This document shows positions 60,800 to 64,000 of a stretch of DNA of 64,000 nt, one piece after another. Both the position numbers and the translations under genes were made by a program. A model generated the notes under the pieces. The model had not been told where the DNA came from. It saw nothing but the letters and a program-made list of their open reading frames with translations, and searched no databases. Source of the DNA: an uncultured delta proteobacterium (GTDB lineage Bacteria > Myxococcota_A > Polyangia > Polyangiales > B10-G4); NCBI GenBank assembly GCA_963727445.1, contig CAVSGI010000020.1, positions 448,001 through 512,000 on the forward strand. Direction: 5' to 3'. The first letter of the stretch is position 1, and each line of letters starts with the position of its first letter.

Positions 60800-61249
60800 A
60801 TGAAGCCCTTGATGAATTCCGTCACGATCCGCCGCAGCGTGGAGGACGTCTTCGACTACGTCAGTGACTTGGGGAACGAGCGGTTCTGGAATCCACATTT
60901 GCTTTCGGTGGAAGCGCTCAGCGTCGGGCCGATCGTCGAGGGGACCCGGTTCCGCTGCCACTGGCAGGGCGGTCCTCCGGTCGAGTGCGCATACACGCTC
61001 GTCGACAGACCGCACCGCTGGGAGATCTACGGCACCGCAAAGGGGATGGACATCGCGTTCGCCGGCGACGTGGAGCCGACGGAAGGCGGAACGCGTCTGA
61101 CCATCACGATGACGCTCTTGCCGAAAGGGCTCTTTCGCCTCTTCGGGCCGATGATCCGAAGAGGGTTCCAGAAGAAAGAGGAGAAGAACCTCGCGAGCAT
61201 TCGCGCCGCTCTCGAAACAGCGCCGAGTGCGGTGCGCATGGAGCCCTGA
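60800..61249 (+). CDS. SRPBCC family protein
   Basis: SVTIRRSVEDVFDYVSD..WNP, GTRF, EPTEGGTRLT, NLASIRAALE. Confidence 0.9.
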   Translation: MKPLMNSVTIRRSVEDVFDYVSDLGNERFWNPHLLSVEALSVGPIVEGTRFRCHWQGGPPVECAYTLVDRPHRWEIYGTAKGMDIAFAGDVEPTEGGTRLTITMTLLPKGLFRLFGPMIRRGFQKKEEKNLASIRAALETAPSAVRMEP

Positions 61250-61302
61250 GCTCCACGCGCCACCCTGACGTCGAGATCCGACCGGACACGAAAGGGGTCC
61301 CT

Positions 61303-62299
61303 TCAGTCGGGGCGCCAGCTTCCGATGATCTGAATGTAGTTCGACCGCTCGAAGGCCCGGGGGTCGGGGCATCGTTCGATGTTCATGCTTCCATGCGCCT
61401 GGGCGAGGGAGTCGTATTCGTTTTCCTCGAGCCACTGCGCGAGCCCTTCGCGCATGACCCGGAGGTGCTCCGGTCCGTTCTTCAACACGGCCGAGACCGT
61501 CTGGACGACGTGAGCGCCGCTCATCACGGCCTTGAGGGCGCCGATGCTGTCGTGCACGCCCCCGGACGCGACCAGTGAACCCGAGAAGGTCCCAGACACG
61601 ATCGCCAACCAACGAAGGCGCAAGAGAAGCTCCGACGGATCGCTCAAGTGCAAGATCGGAGCGACCTCCAGCGCTTCGACGTCGATGTCCGGCTCGTAGA
61701 AGCGGTTGAAGAAGACGAGCGCGTCCGCTCCGGCCTCGTCGAGGCGTTTGGCGAAGTGCACCAGCGAGGTGAAGAAGGGCGAGAGCTTCACGGCGACCGG
61801 GATGCCGAATCTTGTCCTTCACCGAGCGGGTCATGGCCGCGATGCGCGCTTCGCGAGCCTCGGCGCTCTCGAGTGGGTCCGTCGAGAGCTGATAGACGTT
61901 CAGCTCGATTCCGCTCGCCCCTGCCTCTTCCATCAAGCGCGCGAACTCCAGCCACCCGCCCAGCGACGTCCCGTTCAGTGACGCGAAGACCGGCACGTCG
62001 ACGGCCTCGCGGATACGGCGGAGCTGCTCGAGGTATGCCTCGGGGCCGAGCGTCAGCCCGTGCGGCGCGGCCACGAAGGACGTCGCCTCGGCGGAGACGT
62101 CGGCGTGCCCCTCGATGGCGCGGTGCGCCGCGAGTTGCTCTTCCTCGAGCTGCTCCTCGAAGAGCGAGCGCATGACGATCGCAGGCGCCCCGGCGTCTTC
62201 GAGGCGCTTGACCGTGTCGAGGTCATCAGCCATCGGCCCTGCCCCTGGCATGAGGGGATTCGAAAGCGGGATGCCCATGTACTTGGTGGCGAGGTCCAT
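61303..62299 (-). CDS. Dihydroorotate dehydrogenase-like flavoprotein; +1 frameshift near 61808
   Basis: MDLATKYMG..SLFEEQ..SLNG..IELN; repair gives KIGIPVAVKLSPFF, then FNRFYEPDID, SGGVH, FERSNY. Confidence 0.9.
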
Positions 62300-62308
62300 C
62301 TTCGTTCC

Positions 62309-64000
62309 CTATTCCGAGTCCGTGTCGTTGCCTCGGGGGGCGCCGAGGTCCGCGATTGTCGAGAGCTGCTGGTAAACCGAGAGCCGTCGCTCGGCGTGCT
62401 TCTGCGATTGCTTCACGAAGCGCTGGAACCGCGCCGGGTCGAGCCTCTCGACCATCCGGAAGCGTGATTCGAAGCGCATGTACTCCTCGACCCGGGTCGT
62501 CGGCGGGCCCGAGTCGAGCTGCAGCGGCGCCTCTCCCCCGCCCGAGCGCCGTGGGTCGAAGCGGTAGAGCGGCCACACTCCGGAGGTCACCGCGCGGCGC
62601 TGTTGGTCGAGGCCGAAGGCCAGATCGTAACCGTGGGCGATGCAGTGGCTGTAGGCGATGATCAGCGAGGTGCCCGGGAAGGCATCAGCTTCCCGAAAGA
62701 CCTTCACCAGCTGCTTGTTGTCCGCGCCGAACGCGACGTTCGCCACGTAGGCGTTGCCGTAGCTGATGGCCTCGAGGCCCAGGTCCTTCTTGGGGATTTC
62801 CTTGCCCGCCGCGGCGAACTTCGCCGATGCGCCGAGGGGCGTGGCCTTCGACTGCTGGCCGCCCGTGTTCGAGTAGACCTCGGTGTCGAGGACCAGGATG
62901 TTCACGTTTCGCCCCATCGCGACGACGTGGTCGAGGCCGCCGTACCCGATATCGTAGGCCCAGCCGTCGCCGCCGACGAGCCATACGCTCTTCGTGACGA
63001 GGTAGTCGACGAGGGCCCGGAGGTGTTCCGCAGCGGCGCCGCTCATCGTCCCGAGCTCGGACCTGAGGGACGCGACGCGCTGGCGCTGGGCGGCGATGCC
63101 GGCCTCGTCGGATTGGTCCGCTTCGAGGATCTCCGTGACCAGCGCGTCGCCGAGCTCACTCGAGAGCTCGCGCAAGAGCCGGCGTGCGTTGCCCGTGTGC
63201 TCGTCGACCGCGAGACGGAAACCGAAGCCGAACTCCGCGTTGTCCTCGAAGAGCGAGTTGGACCACGCGGGTCCGCGGCCATCGGCGTTGGTCGTGTAGG
63301 GCGTGGTCGGGAGGTTTCCGCCGTAGATGGAGGAGCAGCCGGTCGCGTTGGCGATGAGGGCGCGGTCCCCGAAGAGCTGTGTGAGCAGCTTGATGTACGG
63401 CGTCTCGCCGCAGCCGGCGCACGCCCCGGACGACTCGAAGAGTGGCATGAGGAACTGAGAGTGCTTCACGTCGAGGCGCTCCATCGTCGTCCGGTCCACG
63501 TCGGGGATGTCGAGAAAGAAGGCGTAGTTCTCGCGCTCCTGGGCCACGAGGGGCGCCTGCTCCGCCATGTCGATCGCCTTGTGGCGCGGGTTGGACTTGT
63601 CCTTCGCGGGGCAGACCTGGACGCAGAGCGTGCACCCCGTGCAGTCCTCGGGCGCGACCTGAAGGCTGTACTGAAGACCGCGGAAGTCCTTCGCTCTATA
63701 AGGGGTCGAGCGGAAGGTGTCCGGAGCGCCGGGGTTCGTCTCGGCGCTCCAGACCTTCGCGCGAATCGCCGCGTGGGGACAGACGAGGGTGCAGTGGTTG
63801 CACTGGATACAGATGGCCGGATCCCAGACGGGGATCTCCCGGGCGATGTTGCGCTTCTCCCACTTGCTGGTGCCGAGGGGCCACGTGCCGTCGACGGGGA
63901 AGGCGCTGACCGGCAAGAGATCGCCCTTGTTGGCGAGCATCACCGCGGTCACCCGCTGGACGAAGTCGGGGGCGGCATCGCTGACGATGGGCGGCCGGCT
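62309..64000 (-). CDS. nifJ: Pyruvate:ferredoxin (flavodoxin) oxidoreductase, C-terminal part (5' end off the window)
   Basis: CIQCNHCTLVCPH, CTGCTLCVQVCP, GACAGCGETPY, NATGCSSIYG, GGDGWAYDIG, YSNTGGQ. Confidence 0.97.
   Translation of the reverse strand, partial: SRPPIVSDAAPDFVQRVTAVMLANKGDLLPVSAFPVDGTWPLGTSKWEKRNIAREIPVWDPAICIQCNHCTLVCPHAAIRAKVWSAETNPGAPDTFRSTPYRAKDFRGLQYSLQVAPEDCTGCTLCVQVCPAKDKSNPRHKAIDMAEQAPLVAQERENYAFFLDIPDVDRTTMERLDVKHSQFLMPLFESSGACAGCGETPYIKLLTQLFGDRALIANATGCSSIYGGNLPTTPYTTNADGRGPAWSNSLFEDNAEFGFGFRLAVDEHTGNARRLLRELSSELGDALVTEILEADQSDEAGIAAQRQRVASLRSELGTMSGAAAEHLRALVDYLVTKSVWLVGGDGWAYDIGYGGLDHVVAMGRNVNILVLDTEVYSNTGGQQSKATPLGASAKFAAAGKEIPKKDLGLEAISYGNAYVANVAFGADNKQLVKVFREADAFPGTSLIIAYSHCIAHGYDLAFGLDQQRRAVTSGVWPLYRFDPRRSGGGEAPLQLDSGPPTTRVEEYMRFESRFRMVERLDPARFQRFVKQSQKHAERRLSVYQQLSTIADLGAPRGNDTDSE

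Overview
GC-rich bacterial chromosomal segment, most likely from a myxobacterium (Myxococcota, Polyangia/Sandaracinus-like). This is inferred from two Hanks-type Ser/Thr kinases, a DUF1592-DUF1552 pair, an AgmX/PglI-type protein and about 20 lipoproteins with Asp/Gly/Ala-rich linkers. About 48 CDS; I saw no rRNA, tRNA, CRISPR array, integrase or transposase. Six genes are broken by single-base indels that look like long-read errors, four of them at GATC sites. Once these are repaired, the best candidate new system is a translationally coupled minus-strand operon at 28687-33214. It encodes a Lon-type Ser-Lys protease domain fused to TPR-like helices (no AAA+ module), a PrsW protease, an ECF-like sigma factor, and a soluble ZAS-type anti-sigma with an internal LRVAAAS putative cleavage/degron site. 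This recalls CalpL/T/S signalling but has no CRISPR or SAVED component. The second candidate is a splicease-like radical SAM/SPASM enzyme coupled to a zinc-ribbon lipoprotein precursor whose YG motif directly follows the lipobox Cys (11325-12969). Also notable: a ~2,000-aa lipoprotein with ~39 disintegrin-like repeats whose start codon is buried in a 15-bp hairpin, an S74 auto-chaperone lipoprotein, an SGNH-MBOAT-SGNH O-acetylation cluster, and a perfect 59-bp duplication of a gene 3' end. All family calls come from reading motifs by eye; no database search was run.
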